Of a stretch of DNA of 64,000 nucleotides, positions 19,137 through 31,000 are shown piece after piece. Position numbers and translations under genes: made by a program. The notes under the pieces were generated by a model. The model was not told the origin of the DNA. It was given only the letters and a program-made list of their open reading frames with translations, and did not search any database. Source of the stretch: a virus; IMG/VR virus record IMGVR_UViG_3300035670_013228, positions 64,001-128,000 of that record; one strand, given 5' to 3'. Positions within the stretch are counted from its first letter, which is position 1. Each line of letters starts with the position of its first letter.

Positions 19137-20768
19137 GTGGACATGGGAACTAATATCATATATAATAATTTTGATTTTCAGGGTAGTGGACTATCTATTC
19201 CTACACTATCCATTAATAGTACATTTAATTTAACAGAAGGCGGATCACTAATTGGGGAAACTATTAATATATCTCTTAGAGGACAAATTAGAGATCCTTT
19301 TAATAGACCAATGAATGATAGTGGTAATTGGAGTAGTGGGCCCACTAATTGGGTCGGCATCTCGAATCTAGTTAGTGGTATGGAAAAAGCTTTTAGTGAA
19401 GATTATAAGAAGCTAGAAATTCTTTGCAATAGTAATCAATTATTTACTAATATACTTGATAAGGATATTGAAAAACAAACTAAAGTAAATAAAATAGAAT
19501 TCAGTAATAGAACAGACGAATACTTACTTCAAATATTAGATTATAGTATTGATTTACAAATTGAAAAATCCATAATAGGCGATGAGAGATATATAGACCT
19601 ATCAGGTATTTATGTTTCTAATATAGAAAATTCGTATACGATAAGATCATCGGACACTAGCGAATATATTCAAGATCCAACAACTACAGGATTTTTTCCC
19701 ACAGGTGTATCAAGAACACCATATACTATTACGCGCAAAATAAGTGCGGTTGGTAAAGCAACAGAAGCGGGAGCATTAAATAATGCTAAAAGTTGTGTTA
19801 CGGGATTAGTAGGTAAAGATATTGGCTTTTTTAATATATTATCTAATTTATCTATAACAGATAGATCTACTACAATAGAAGCAGATGATATTAATGGTTC
19901 TTACTCTATAACCGATACATTCAAGTCGTACAGCGGAACAACTGCTCCTACTTTTACAGAAATATTCACTGTTTCTAGCTCATTAGACGATAAATTTAAT
20001 AGAAATATTACTATAAATGGTACAATACAAGGCTTAAAGAATTTACCTACTAATAATAGCAATTTGTATTGGAATATCGACACTACATCAACAGCAGTTT
20101 TTTTTGATACAAATAATCATACTGGAAATATAGCATACTCCAATGCTTCTGGACAATTCAACACCTTTTTAGTAGATAATACTTTTTATCAAAGAGCTTT
20201 AACTTCAGTATTTTCTAGTGGTAATTTTTTACCACCACAAGGACCAATTTTTGAAAATTTTAATAATAGTCCTTCAAATAATCTTAACGGAAGAATATCC
20301 TGGATTAACCCAGATCCGATAAGTGTTAGTGTGGAACATAATAAAACAGAAGGTAGTATCACTTATACATTTGGATATGATTCTAGACCACTAAACCTAT
20401 TTACTAATTCTATTGAAGAACAAATTACCATTAGCGATAGCTATGGTATTAGAGAAAAAGTGGCTCAAACAGTTTTCAGACGGTTTCCGATAATACAGGA
20501 TATATCCACATATACCTTACCAACCAGAACAGTAAATTATACAGCAATATTACCTGTGAGTGGTTCTGCGGTTTCTCATATACCTACTACTATTCGAGAT
20601 AGTCTAAATAATATCATTGAAAAATTTAATCCAAATAAATTATTATCTCCGTCTCTTACTACAGTGAGCGTGGCTAGTTGGCGAACTTCGGATAAAGAAA
20701 CTCATGATCCGTTTTCTGGAACGTTTAAAAAAAGTGTAATATGGTCTTATGAAATACAATCTAGATAA
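19137..20768 (+). CDS. Putative tail/distal-tail structural protein (paralog A)
   Basis: 543-aa beta-rich ORF with a GTG start after AGGA; collinear motif similarity to the next ORF; tail-module context. Confidence 0.55.
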   Translation: MDMGTNIIYNNFDFQGSGLSIPTLSINSTFNLTEGGSLIGETINISLRGQIRDPFNRPMNDSGNWSSGPTNWVGISNLVSGMEKAFSEDYKKLEILCNSNQLFTNILDKDIEKQTKVNKIEFSNRTDEYLLQILDYSIDLQIEKSIIGDERYIDLSGIYVSNIENSYTIRSSDTSEYIQDPTTTGFFPTGVSRTPYTITRKISAVGKATEAGALNNAKSCVTGLVGKDIGFFNILSNLSITDRSTTIEADDINGSYSITDTFKSYSGTTAPTFTEIFTVSSSLDDKFNRNITINGTIQGLKNLPTNNSNLYWNIDTTSTAVFFDTNNHTGNIAYSNASGQFNTFLVDNTFYQRALTSVFSSGNFLPPQGPIFENFNNSPSNNLNGRISWINPDPISVSVEHNKTEGSITYTFGYDSRPLNLFTNSIEEQITISDSYGIREKVAQTVFRRFPIIQDISTYTLPTRTVNYTAILPVSGSAVSHIPTTIRDSLNNIIEKFNPNKLLSPSLTTVSVASWRTSDKETHDPFSGTFKKSVIWSYEIQSR

Positions 20769-20777
20769 TTATTTTAT

Positions 20778-22412
20778 ATGTCAGAAATAATAATTAAATA
20801 CGGCGATTTTGAATTCGATTCTAATAAGGGATATCCGTGCCCAAAAGTTTCATTCGATATATCAAAATCTCGGACATCTGCTGGCGATTTTTTAATGTCG
20901 GATAAAACCGTTACTTTGGAAGGAATATGTTATGTTAAAAGAAAAACAGACCATTATGATCCTTTAGAGTATAGTGAGACAAGCCCCAAGGTAGACTATT
21001 CGGTTGGTGGTCTTTTTGAGGCTGCTGATAGTCTAAAAACACAAATACTAGAAAATAATTATAAATCATTAACTGTGAGAGCTATCGGATCACAGCCATT
21101 AATATCTGGTAATTATGCTATTGTGGATAGTATTGTTTTTTCTGAAAATGAAAATAACTGGGCAGATTCTATTAATTATACAATAGTATTTACAGTACCA
21201 ACTTCTGGTAGCGGAAGTCATCTTATAACTAGAACAGAAGGATCTTTTGTTACATCTGTTACAGATAACTATACTTTAGAATCTTTGTATGATAATCAGT
21301 TTTGGGATAGAACATTTAATATTCCAATTCCTACATATAAAGTATCTCATACGATAGGAGCAGTTGGTAAAAATGTTGGATCGCCATCGGGGTCGTTGCA
21401 TTGGGCTAAAAAGTGGGTTCGTGATAGAGATAATTATTCTGGATTAATCGATATGTTTCCAGAAAGTCATTTTACGTTGTATAATCAGGAAAGATCCGTC
21501 GATGTTAGTGAGAGTAACGGATCTTATCAAATAACTGATACTTTTATAGCAAAGAGTGGAGAGGATCCTTGGATTGATACTTTTAAAGCTACTGTATCTT
21601 TAGATAGGCAATATAAAATATCTATAGAAATAGATGGTTCAGTACAGGGTTTAGAACCTGCTACTGGTGTATATGCTGGATTTGTAGATCATAGAACCAA
21701 TCCTCTTCATCCAAGCGGACAATATAGTATTAAAAATCCTGTTTCAGGATATAACCCAGAGGGATACAGTTCCAATAATGGGCTTAAAATTAATAATACT
21801 GCTATTGCTACAACTAAATATAGAAATGCTGTTAGTGGATGGAAAATAATAGAACCATTATTAATGGGTAGAGCTAGTGGATATTTGACACAAGCTATTA
21901 GTATGATTCCATTACGATTTAGAAATGGTATTAGCTCAATACCATTAAATAATATACCGATATCTACATCAGAACAACTATTTCCTTTTGATGGTAAAAT
22001 CACATATAATAGAAGATTCGACAATAGACCATCGCCACTAATTACTGGAACATTATCAGAAACATTATCGATAGAGGATACATTACCTGTGATCAGATAT
22101 CAAGAAACTAAGGTTATAGGCCGTAGACTAGGACCAGTAGTATATGGCTTTATTAATAGTTATAGTGTTGGTAGTAGAACATTAAATTACCAAGGCACAT
22201 TTCCTACGCCCACCGGTCTTGCTAAATATTCTTTTCCTAATACTATATTAAAAGATATTAATAGTAAAATTAGCGGCTACAAACCGGATCCTACAAAATT
22301 AGGCCTTCCTAATGTCGAGTATAATACATATATTAAATCAGAAAATCAAGATATAGATATTAATACAAATACTTTTACATATAATATAACTTGGGAGTAT
22401 TCGACATGTTAA
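20778..22412 (+). CDS. Putative tail/distal-tail structural protein (paralog B)
   Basis: 544 aa. Shares the motifs I(S/G)AVGK, NGSY(S/Q)ITDTF, I.I(N/D)G(T/S)(I/V)QGL, ITY...(Y/F)D.RP and a C-terminal W.Y with 19137..20768. Confidence 0.55.
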   Translation: MSEIIIKYGDFEFDSNKGYPCPKVSFDISKSRTSAGDFLMSDKTVTLEGICYVKRKTDHYDPLEYSETSPKVDYSVGGLFEAADSLKTQILENNYKSLTVRAIGSQPLISGNYAIVDSIVFSENENNWADSINYTIVFTVPTSGSGSHLITRTEGSFVTSVTDNYTLESLYDNQFWDRTFNIPIPTYKVSHTIGAVGKNVGSPSGSLHWAKKWVRDRDNYSGLIDMFPESHFTLYNQERSVDVSESNGSYQITDTFIAKSGEDPWIDTFKATVSLDRQYKISIEIDGSVQGLEPATGVYAGFVDHRTNPLHPSGQYSIKNPVSGYNPEGYSSNNGLKINNTAIATTKYRNAVSGWKIIEPLLMGRASGYLTQAISMIPLRFRNGISSIPLNNIPISTSEQLFPFDGKITYNRRFDNRPSPLITGTLSETLSIEDTLPVIRYQETKVIGRRLGPVVYGFINSYSVGSRTLNYQGTFPTPTGLAKYSFPNTILKDINSKISGYKPDPTKLGLPNVEYNTYIKSENQDIDINTNTFTYNITWEYSTC

Positions 22413-22428
22413 TATATAAGGAAAAATT

Positions 22429-25400
22429 ATGAGTTGTCGAAGTAATGCTTATCAACTAGCCGGGCCGTTTAATCAAACATTATTTTTAGGATGTAGTGTT
22501 ACTAATATAGATATGAATATGGGTTGGGGAGCAGAAGTTTCGTCTTGTAGAGTAAATTTAATTAAAGATTTATATAGACATAATAATCATCCGGCTATAC
22601 AAAGCTATAAAGCTACTATTTATACTAGATCTAGTTCTACTAATCTTAATAGAGAAAATCCTAATGTTAATGAGACTAGGGATTTACCATTTCACCAAAC
22701 CATACTTCAGAAAGAAAAAGACAAATGGCAACAACTGAATAACGAGAATAATAATTTACCATCACCACTACAAGATACGGGCAAACACTACTGGAAAACA
22801 TACAGATCAAACATACCTAACCAGTATAATATCGCTAATCCTAGTTTAGGATTTTGGACCACAAGAGATCCTGGTTTTTTGGGAGATTATAGTAATAATG
22901 AAGCTGGAATTGATATAGATCTTATAGGATGTCCAGTATTTTTTAGGTTTATGGATATTTGGTTTGGAGGTATGATAAAAAAATGGGGATTTAATAGTGG
23001 AAAATATGATGTAGAAATCAATAGTTTTGCATCTTTGCTTGGTGGATGTCAACTGATTTTACAAAAATATTATGGTAGTATTAGCACCATGATAGGCAAC
23101 ACAAGTTCCGCATTAGGATTAACCGGACAAAACTTGGCCGTACCATATAATGACCTATATTATCCTTGCGGAAATAATCCGGGATGTACAGCTACTTGGC
23201 CACAATATAATGGATTATATAATGGATCAGTTTATCAAGGTAATATACCTAATATTTTTAATGTTTTTGGTTACTTAGAAAATAATATTAACGGTAGCAG
23301 TGGTTTTGTGGAGGGGCGAGGAGTTTCAGCGCGTAGCGTCTACTTTGCTCTAAAAGATATGTTAGAACCGAAAATTAATAGGGTACAGTTTGGAGAAAAT
23401 GTATTTAATCCGTATGGAGCTATAGTAGCTAGAACTCCATTTGATCGCGGAACACAAACTTTTATTAATCCTCATAATACGACATTTAATATGGACGGAG
23501 CATCGGCACTTCTTAGCGAAATGGGTTTATTATATGCTCCTACAGCTGTTGATGGCTTATCCAGATCGTTGCTTGCACTAGACATAAGCGAAGTACCCGC
23601 TCCGCCTCAAGGCGTATATATATCAGAAGATACAATGTCTATAATCTCTTTTATAGAATATTGTTGTACAAATGCTGGAAAAGATTTTATAATAGATTTT
23701 ATTCCTATGGAACTTCCGGACCGATTTAATCCCAGAACAGAATATTACACTGGAACTATAAAAATTCGTACCGTAACCAGAGATGTACAAGCAAAACCCA
23801 ACACCATCAGAAGTTTTATACTCGATAGCACCTTTCAGCAAAATGTTGTTAGTTATAATTTTGGAGAAGAGTATCAAGACGTAAAAACTAGATCAGTACT
23901 CATCGGCGGACCTCAAGAAAGATTACATCAGTTTACCACCAATACTGGCGGACCAATGGGATGGTACAGAATATATGAGCCATTGATAGATAGTTTTGTT
24001 CCCATAACCAGTTTTGCAAACAATTCGACACAACAAAATAGTTTATATAACACATACAAAATGCCTGATCATGCTAATCAAAGAGTAATACCGAATGGGG
24101 CTGAACCATGGAGACAACTTGGAGGAGCCGCTACTGCTCAAGAAAATAATAGTTTTTATACTTTAGAAACTAATGCTTATGGTAATAACATTGTTCAAGG
24201 ATCTTATCTGCCTCTTAAAAAACCCGCATTAAATAGTACATTTATTGGTCCTAGTAACAGTTATCCTATATATTTAGATATTATTTCTCCGTATTTTGGA
24301 AAAAGTAATAATGGTGAATATAGACGAGTTTATCTTGATAGAAAAACCGGTAACTTACAAATAATATTTGATTTTAGAGATATTCAACCATTTTTTCCCA
24401 CACAATACGACATAACTGACGGCAATTGGAGTGCTGCTGGACAAGTTGTTAGAAATCTTTTTCCGGGCATCGTTGTACAACCCGGTGGTCTGGCTGGAGA
24501 TGTAACAGGAGGGGCGGTAACTTCTGGTAAATTTGTTGTAGAAGAAGACGAGATTAGAGCAGCAATGAGCAATCCTGGTGATTGGTATTATCATTTGAAC
24601 GTTATGCTAAATGTTGGCAAACCTACTGCAACATCTAAAATATTATTTAATTACATAAGTAGAACAGTATCAGATTTGTTTGCAAAATCTTATTTTCAAA
24701 ATAGTTTAGATTTAAAAAATAAAGGAAACTACTTGCAATATGTTCAAACTGTGGAAAATTTTTATAGTGCTTTTAGGGAGCGATACATAGGTCTTAACGG
24801 GATAGTGCATGACATGGGATTAAATATGTTTGCCAGCGCTTTTGCTCTAACACATCCCGAACTCAACGATAGACAATTTCAACAAAGTATGGATAGTATT
24901 AATAACTTATTTGAAAATGTTAGACTATTTATTAGGAGCGTCGGCGAAGCACACTACGGAAAACATTTTGCTGTAAGATTACCACAATTAAGTAGATATA
25001 CTAATAATAGTAATGGAGATACTATTTATAACTATAGTATAGTAGCTGATGCCTGGGAAGAACCAGGAAATATGATTGATGATACTATGGATATTAGTAG
25101 TTTAGCGGCACAATCTTTGACATCTGATAACCGTAAAATGCCACCACTATTAGGTTTTGATAATGGTGCAGAATATGACTTTCCTCCAATAATGTTGGGT
25201 ACTCATAGACATTTAACAGACAATAATCTTATGCATAGTAGTTCATTAACTCCATTTGCTTTGTATAATAGAACAATAATAGGAATGAGTTTAAAAAATC
25301 CATTACAAACAATAGGTATTGGTCCGGCACTTGCTAATAGATATTATCATCCTTTAATTCATAATTTACCACAAGATAGTTATATTATGTTACCATATAC

Positions 25401-26427
25401 GGTTTTATACAGTGACATTGTGATACCAGGTGGTAGATTAACTTTTAGTCCGATTGTGCCAGGCACCACAGCGCATAATATGCCTAGAAATGCAAATAGT
25501 CATTTGTATAAAATATATGCTAAAGCTCAAATATTATCTGTTGAAGAAGGTACTGATAATCCACAAATTACTTTTTGTAGAGGTACTCCGCGGGCTGTTT
25601 TGGCATTACCCAGTCCTATGCTGGTACGATCTGGTCCGTACGATAACGGAATAACTACCGGAATAGCAGCTCTGGTTTTGGGTGATGAAGAACCGGATGA
25701 AGTTGATATTATAGCAGCACCAGATCTGAATCAATTTTTTCGGGCTGATTCGGTTTTGTTAAATCAGGGACCTTCGTTATTTCACGACGGAGAATATATC
25801 GGCATAACCGATACGCAGTTATCATCAAACACATTTCCTAGAGCAGCAAAACCTATTTTTGCGGCTATCCCTTTAAGAAATAATTTAGTAACATATGGTC
25901 CATGGGTATCTCACCCGGGACTAATAGCTAATACTATTTTTCCCGGTCAGGGTTCTACACAATTCGGTTTGGTAGCATTGGTTAATAATTTGGTCGGTGG
26001 AGTAGATGTAAAAATTGATCCTAGCTTGGTACCTTGGGAATATGGAGGAATGAATGCTTTAGATGCTGCTGCATTATCCTTGGTTGGTATTAATAATGGA
26101 TATCAACAAGTACTAGAAACAGGAGATATCACACTTGCTGGTATTATGTTAAAAAATTGGACTCTGGGTAGTTATCTAAATGATGTTTTAGGCCCTATTG
26201 TTAGTAGTATAAAAATAACTATAGGAGATAATGGTATAACAACACAGTATAGTTTAAGAACTTTTAGTAGAAAAATTGGTTTTTACAATAAAGAACAAGC
26301 AGATAATATTAAAAATATAAATCAAGCGATGCTATTGCAAAATCGTAGATTTTCTGAATCAATCAAAAATATGCAAACAAGACTTATTCAGTTTGCGTCG
26401 AAGCCTATGGGAACAAGACCGTACTAA
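22429..26427 (+). CDS. Putative baseplate-hub / tail-tip protein
   Basis: 1,332 aa. The N-terminal LFLGCSVTNIDMNMGWG..S.CRVNL and C-terminal G.ITL.G...IVSSIKITIGDNGITTQYSL resemble gpD/gp27-type hub ends; position after the Dit-like paralogs. Confidence 0.45.
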   Translation: MSCRSNAYQLAGPFNQTLFLGCSVTNIDMNMGWGAEVSSCRVNLIKDLYRHNNHPAIQSYKATIYTRSSSTNLNRENPNVNETRDLPFHQTILQKEKDKWQQLNNENNNLPSPLQDTGKHYWKTYRSNIPNQYNIANPSLGFWTTRDPGFLGDYSNNEAGIDIDLIGCPVFFRFMDIWFGGMIKKWGFNSGKYDVEINSFASLLGGCQLILQKYYGSISTMIGNTSSALGLTGQNLAVPYNDLYYPCGNNPGCTATWPQYNGLYNGSVYQGNIPNIFNVFGYLENNINGSSGFVEGRGVSARSVYFALKDMLEPKINRVQFGENVFNPYGAIVARTPFDRGTQTFINPHNTTFNMDGASALLSEMGLLYAPTAVDGLSRSLLALDISEVPAPPQGVYISEDTMSIISFIEYCCTNAGKDFIIDFIPMELPDRFNPRTEYYTGTIKIRTVTRDVQAKPNTIRSFILDSTFQQNVVSYNFGEEYQDVKTRSVLIGGPQERLHQFTTNTGGPMGWYRIYEPLIDSFVPITSFANNSTQQNSLYNTYKMPDHANQRVIPNGAEPWRQLGGAATAQENNSFYTLETNAYGNNIVQGSYLPLKKPALNSTFIGPSNSYPIYLDIISPYFGKSNNGEYRRVYLDRKTGNLQIIFDFRDIQPFFPTQYDITDGNWSAAGQVVRNLFPGIVVQPGGLAGDVTGGAVTSGKFVVEEDEIRAAMSNPGDWYYHLNVMLNVGKPTATSKILFNYISRTVSDLFAKSYFQNSLDLKNKGNYLQYVQTVENFYSAFRERYIGLNGIVHDMGLNMFASAFALTHPELNDRQFQQSMDSINNLFENVRLFIRSVGEAHYGKHFAVRLPQLSRYTNNSNGDTIYNYSIVADAWEEPGNMIDDTMDISSLAAQSLTSDNRKMPPLLGFDNGAEYDFPPIMLGTHRHLTDNNLMHSSSLTPFALYNRTIIGMSLKNPLQTIGIGPALANRYYHPLIHNLPQDSYIMLPYTVLYSDIVIPGGRLTFSPIVPGTTAHNMPRNANSHLYKIYAKAQILSVEEGTDNPQITFCRGTPRAVLALPSPMLVRSGPYDNGITTGIAALVLGDEEPDEVDIIAAPDLNQFFRADSVLLNQGPSLFHDGEYIGITDTQLSSNTFPRAAKPIFAAIPLRNNLVTYGPWVSHPGLIANTIFPGQGSTQFGLVALVNNLVGGVDVKIDPSLVPWEYGGMNALDAAALSLVGINNGYQQVLETGDITLAGIMLKNWTLGSYLNDVLGPIVSSIKITIGDNGITTQYSLRTFSRKIGFYNKEQADNIKNINQAMLLQNRRFSESIKNMQTRLIQFASKPMGTRPY

Positions 26428-26447
26428 ATTCAAGGAAAACTTATATT

Positions 26448-28049
26448 ATGATAAATTTTGTATTAGTTGGTAATAATGCCAATATCACACCGGCCTCTAA
26501 TCCTATTGTGGATATTAGGAATATTCCGGAAAATATCAAACTTCCGGATAGTATGATCAGACCGAATACTAATGGACCACATTTACTAAACGGAGTTAGA
26601 ACAATTTCTCATGTATCTGTTTTACCAGATAGTAGCTTAACACCGCTATTTCATGGATCAACATATAATAAAGTTTCTATAATGAGTTTAGATGGCATTT
26701 TTTCTCCTGTATCTTTTTATCCAACACCATATAACACAACCTATAGTATGATTCCGTATTCTAGAAGTAAATGTCCTTATTGTAATGGTACCGAAAGATA
26801 TACTACTTTTATAACTGATTTTTCAGCTTTGCCACAAATGGATAATCCTAATAAAGATACTTTTATTAATTTTAAGAATGCTTGGTTAAATAGCATATTT
26901 CCCGGAAGAACCTTAAATAATAGAGAATGTAAGTTTTGTGTTCCAGATACAGACAAAGCTATAAAAAGAAATAAAAGTGCTACTCCTTCGGAAACTATGC
27001 CACCATACCTTATAGGAAGTGGAAATGATTTAGAAATTATAGATAATAGATCTAATTTATTTGCTGGTACTAATAATGTTATTAATAAATTCACTTTAAA
27101 TCCTTTGATTATGTCAAATGGAGAATTTGCCAACTCTGGATCCAAACAAATAGACGATAATTGTACACATAATGTTAATATTGTCGGATTTGGTATGGGC
27201 GTTCCTAACGAAAAAGGTTCCATATGTAGTACTCATTCATTAGAAATGAATAAGAATTTTTCTGAAAATGATATAGACTATGCAGATGGTTTAAGACAAA
27301 GTAATCAAAGATTTTTTGGCTTAAGGGGTCCAATAATAGTTCATGGTTGGGGATACGACAGAGAAGGTTATCCGGTACCAAATTCTTCAGGAGAATTTAA
27401 ATATAATAACGAAGGAGAGATTGTTAGAGATGCTGATAATAATCCAGTTTTTAAAAATCAGCAGCTACAAGAGAATGGAGAATATTCTGCTCCATATAAA
27501 GAAAAAACATTTTACAAAGGATGGGCTTCATTGCCGAATACATGGCCAGTTGGTCCGATAGATTTAAGATGGGACGAAGATGCTGAAGTTTGGACAATAG
27601 GAGCAATGTATAAGCCAGTATGGATTACTATCGAACATGATCTAGTAGATGAAAATCCTGTTAGAGGTGTTATAGAAGATGGCATGACAGACTCTACACC
27701 ATTACCTAATGGTCTGAGAAAAGTGGTCTTTGTTAAAGACTCCTCTTTGTTATTCAAGTCTCCAAGAGAAGCTGCTTTATATTGTAAATACAATCCGGAT
27801 AATGGATTTTATGAACCAATTTATAATCGTCCGTTTGTTACTACTGGAAGAATAACAAATAGTCAACAGGCATTAATAGACAAAGCATATACTGTTAAAG
27901 CAGCTAGAAATTCTTCTGCTGGAATTACAACGGTGGAAAGCTATGTGACCCTATACGATAATCCTTTAGGATTTTCTGTTCGTAGTAATATCGTAGGAAT
28001 CTTTAATTTTATGAATGGTAAGTGGACTCTAACAAGTATAAATGATTAA
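26448..28049 (+). CDS. Hypothetical virion (tail-tip) protein with a CxxC...CxxC pair
   Basis: 533-aa ORF in the structural operon with SD AAGGA; contains CPYC and CKFC motifs. No family recognised. Confidence 0.5.
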   Translation: MINFVLVGNNANITPASNPIVDIRNIPENIKLPDSMIRPNTNGPHLLNGVRTISHVSVLPDSSLTPLFHGSTYNKVSIMSLDGIFSPVSFYPTPYNTTYSMIPYSRSKCPYCNGTERYTTFITDFSALPQMDNPNKDTFINFKNAWLNSIFPGRTLNNRECKFCVPDTDKAIKRNKSATPSETMPPYLIGSGNDLEIIDNRSNLFAGTNNVINKFTLNPLIMSNGEFANSGSKQIDDNCTHNVNIVGFGMGVPNEKGSICSTHSLEMNKNFSENDIDYADGLRQSNQRFFGLRGPIIVHGWGYDREGYPVPNSSGEFKYNNEGEIVRDADNNPVFKNQQLQENGEYSAPYKEKTFYKGWASLPNTWPVGPIDLRWDEDAEVWTIGAMYKPVWITIEHDLVDENPVRGVIEDGMTDSTPLPNGLRKVVFVKDSSLLFKSPREAALYCKYNPDNGFYEPIYNRPFVTTGRITNSQQALIDKAYTVKAARNSSAGITTVESYVTLYDNPLGFSVRSNIVGIFNFMNGKWTLTSIND

Positions 28050-28051
28050 AA

Positions 28052-31000
28052 ATGGGATGCGGAATATATACAAAAAGTTTTATAGATGATATTAATATTA
28101 ATACAGCTTCTATTAATATAGATGCACTTAGATTAATTACATCTTTTCAATTATATAGTGATAATATTTCGGGTTTATGGCAACCTATTGTGATAGAGGA
28201 ATCACAATCATCTGCTATATATTGCGAACCCCTAATACAAGTTAAAAAAGATTTTAACAATGCTCTTAATCCATGTAATTGTAGTAACAATCAGATTAGA
28301 GATTTGACAAATAATTATTATGACATTTATAATGAAACAGATTTTAATTGTAATTATTGCTGCAATCCGTGTACAGGAATTTTGGATAATGATCCGGAAG
28401 ATCCAGAAAATGAGCCACTAACAACCTCTTGTGATGTTCAGTTTCATTCGGATGATTTTTTAGCAAAAGTTCCTGTTCTTAATCAGTCTTATATTTCTGG
28501 TTTTTATGATTGGAAACACCTTAAACAATTTCCAGCATGTAATAATCCTGGTTTAGGAATAGAACAATTTATTAGTTTTAGCGGCTTTGCTATAGATTGG
28601 AAGCTAAAAGAGACAATATCCGAAATTCCATATGATTCTACAACATCCTATCACATCAATGAGTATACACACAATAAGTCGTATGAAAAATCTGAATTAT
28701 TAAGTAGTACATGTGGTAACTTTATATTATTGTCTTTAGATCCTGAATATAATAATTATAGAGTACAATACTCTGGTATGTTTGGTGCTCTAGGAACATC
28801 CGCTATTATACCCACAGTCGAAAGTTTTACAAAACCATATGGTTTTTCTGAAAATAATTACAAAAATATTTTCTTAAATAGACAAAAAAGAGCTTCTCAT
28901 TGGAAATGGCAATATACTAGTGGTATTATGGGTTGGTACAGATATTTTGATATAGGCAGAGTAAATGATCAAAGGCCGATTCCCGGAGTAGATTTTTATA
29001 TTAGTCCCGGCGATGTTTTTTTTGCTAAGAATGAAGGGCCAGAACCAGCTAATACAAATTTTGATTTCGATGAACCGCCCGGCCCATCCCATCCTAGCGA
29101 GGGAGAATTACCAAAGTGTCCATCAGGACTTAAAGTAGTTGACGGTACAACATTTTTAGGAATTATTCCACCGAGTTCTAATTTTATTTATATATCTCAA
29201 AATTTATATGAAAGATTTTATAATCTATATTCTACATATACTGAGATAGGTTTAAATCATAATAAAGCCTTCAACTTATCCGCATTAATGTGTACATCTC
29301 CACTATACGATGGTATAACAACAAATTTATTAGATAAAGAAGCAAGAAATTTATATTCTGAATTTAATGATTTTGAACAAATAGATCTATTAAATAAAAA
29401 TATGTTAAGAGGCACAAAATATGATTCTGCTAATAATTTAAATTATATTTCTAATAGAGAAGAATTGGTAAAAACTTTATATGCTAAATATGGAGGATAC
29501 GAATGGATTCCTCCTAGATCAACCGTAATAAAAAATTTACCTATTGATAATAGAAGTAATTCTGTATATATAGATTTAGATTTTGATATGGTAATGGATA
29601 TAGATAAAGTTAAATTTAGAAATATTAACTCTAAACCGTATCGTGTATGCGAATCGTCTCCTATGGATGACGAGAGAATTAGTAAAAAGTTTTACTATGA
29701 TCAACATCTAGAATTTGGAAATTTAAACGTAAAAACAAGTGTTGATACCAATTTAAGATTTAGTAATCCATGTGACCCAGAAAATTCTAGTTATTCAATT
29801 TATGGGAACATAGTATATAATGATGTGGTTTTAAAAAGTAAGCCAATATTTAGTGGAGTAACTAGTTTTACTAACAAATATACTAATAATACATTTAACA
29901 GATCATATAAGGCGATAGCTTTTAATCCACATTTAGACTTATTGGCAACTCATCCTAATGGAGGAATATATTTTAATGCTGGCTCTTTTGGCGAAAATGA
30001 AACAGTAGTATTCAATACAAATATTACATCAGCTAGATCGAATGGAATTTCTATTACTTTTACTACCAAAGATGTGGGTATAAAATTATATAAAGTATAT
30101 GCTGCAAAATTACAGTCGGATACACCAGGAACAGAATCTTGTTTAAGATTTCCGGCAGACGAATCTAAATGTAAATGTTATGGATTAAATATTAGTCATT
30201 ATAATAATCATCCCATAAGTTGTGATACATCTCGTATTAGATTAAGTTCTTCTCCATTTTTTGTACCAGGATTATCTACTAAATATAGTCCAAGACTTAA
30301 AAGATATGGTGGATATTCTATTGAAGAAGTTATAAGATTATTTGGTATCGGTGCTTTGTATGCTGATGGTACTCCACAAGAAAATTCACAGTTTTTGCCA
30401 ATTATAGATAAAAAATTAGATCCAGAATATCCTTATGAGTGTGAACAATCGGCCACAATAAAACTTACTAATTACTCTACTACAAATTATTATACTACGC
30501 TGAAAAATTTTAGCACAAGATATAGTGACATCTATATTTCTATTTATGAACCATCAGACTTATTAGGACAACAATGGATATATGTACAAACCGATGGTGA
30601 TCAAGATGTGTTTGTGGAGAATACATCTTGGAAAAGATTTTTAAATAAGGTCACGGCCAATAATGTTACAGTTTATGATCAGCAAGAAAAAATCTTATTT
30701 CAAAAAGGCTCTAATATAACAGATCCTTTACTTATTAGTATTACCAATCCTTTTATTAATGCTCTATTAGGAAATTCTAATGAAAGATTGTCTATTCCCA
30801 CAGTGATAACTGATTCTATAACAAACCAAGTTTTAGCTTTTTCAGATCCTTGTGATCCTTTCAGAGGATATATTCCTCCAGAAACAACTATTAGAACAGG
30901 AAGAAACAGAGGAGATGAGATATCAGAAACATATATCACTATTAAACAAAAGCCCAGAAAACAATTTTTAGCATATAGAGTGTACAATATACCGGCCAGT

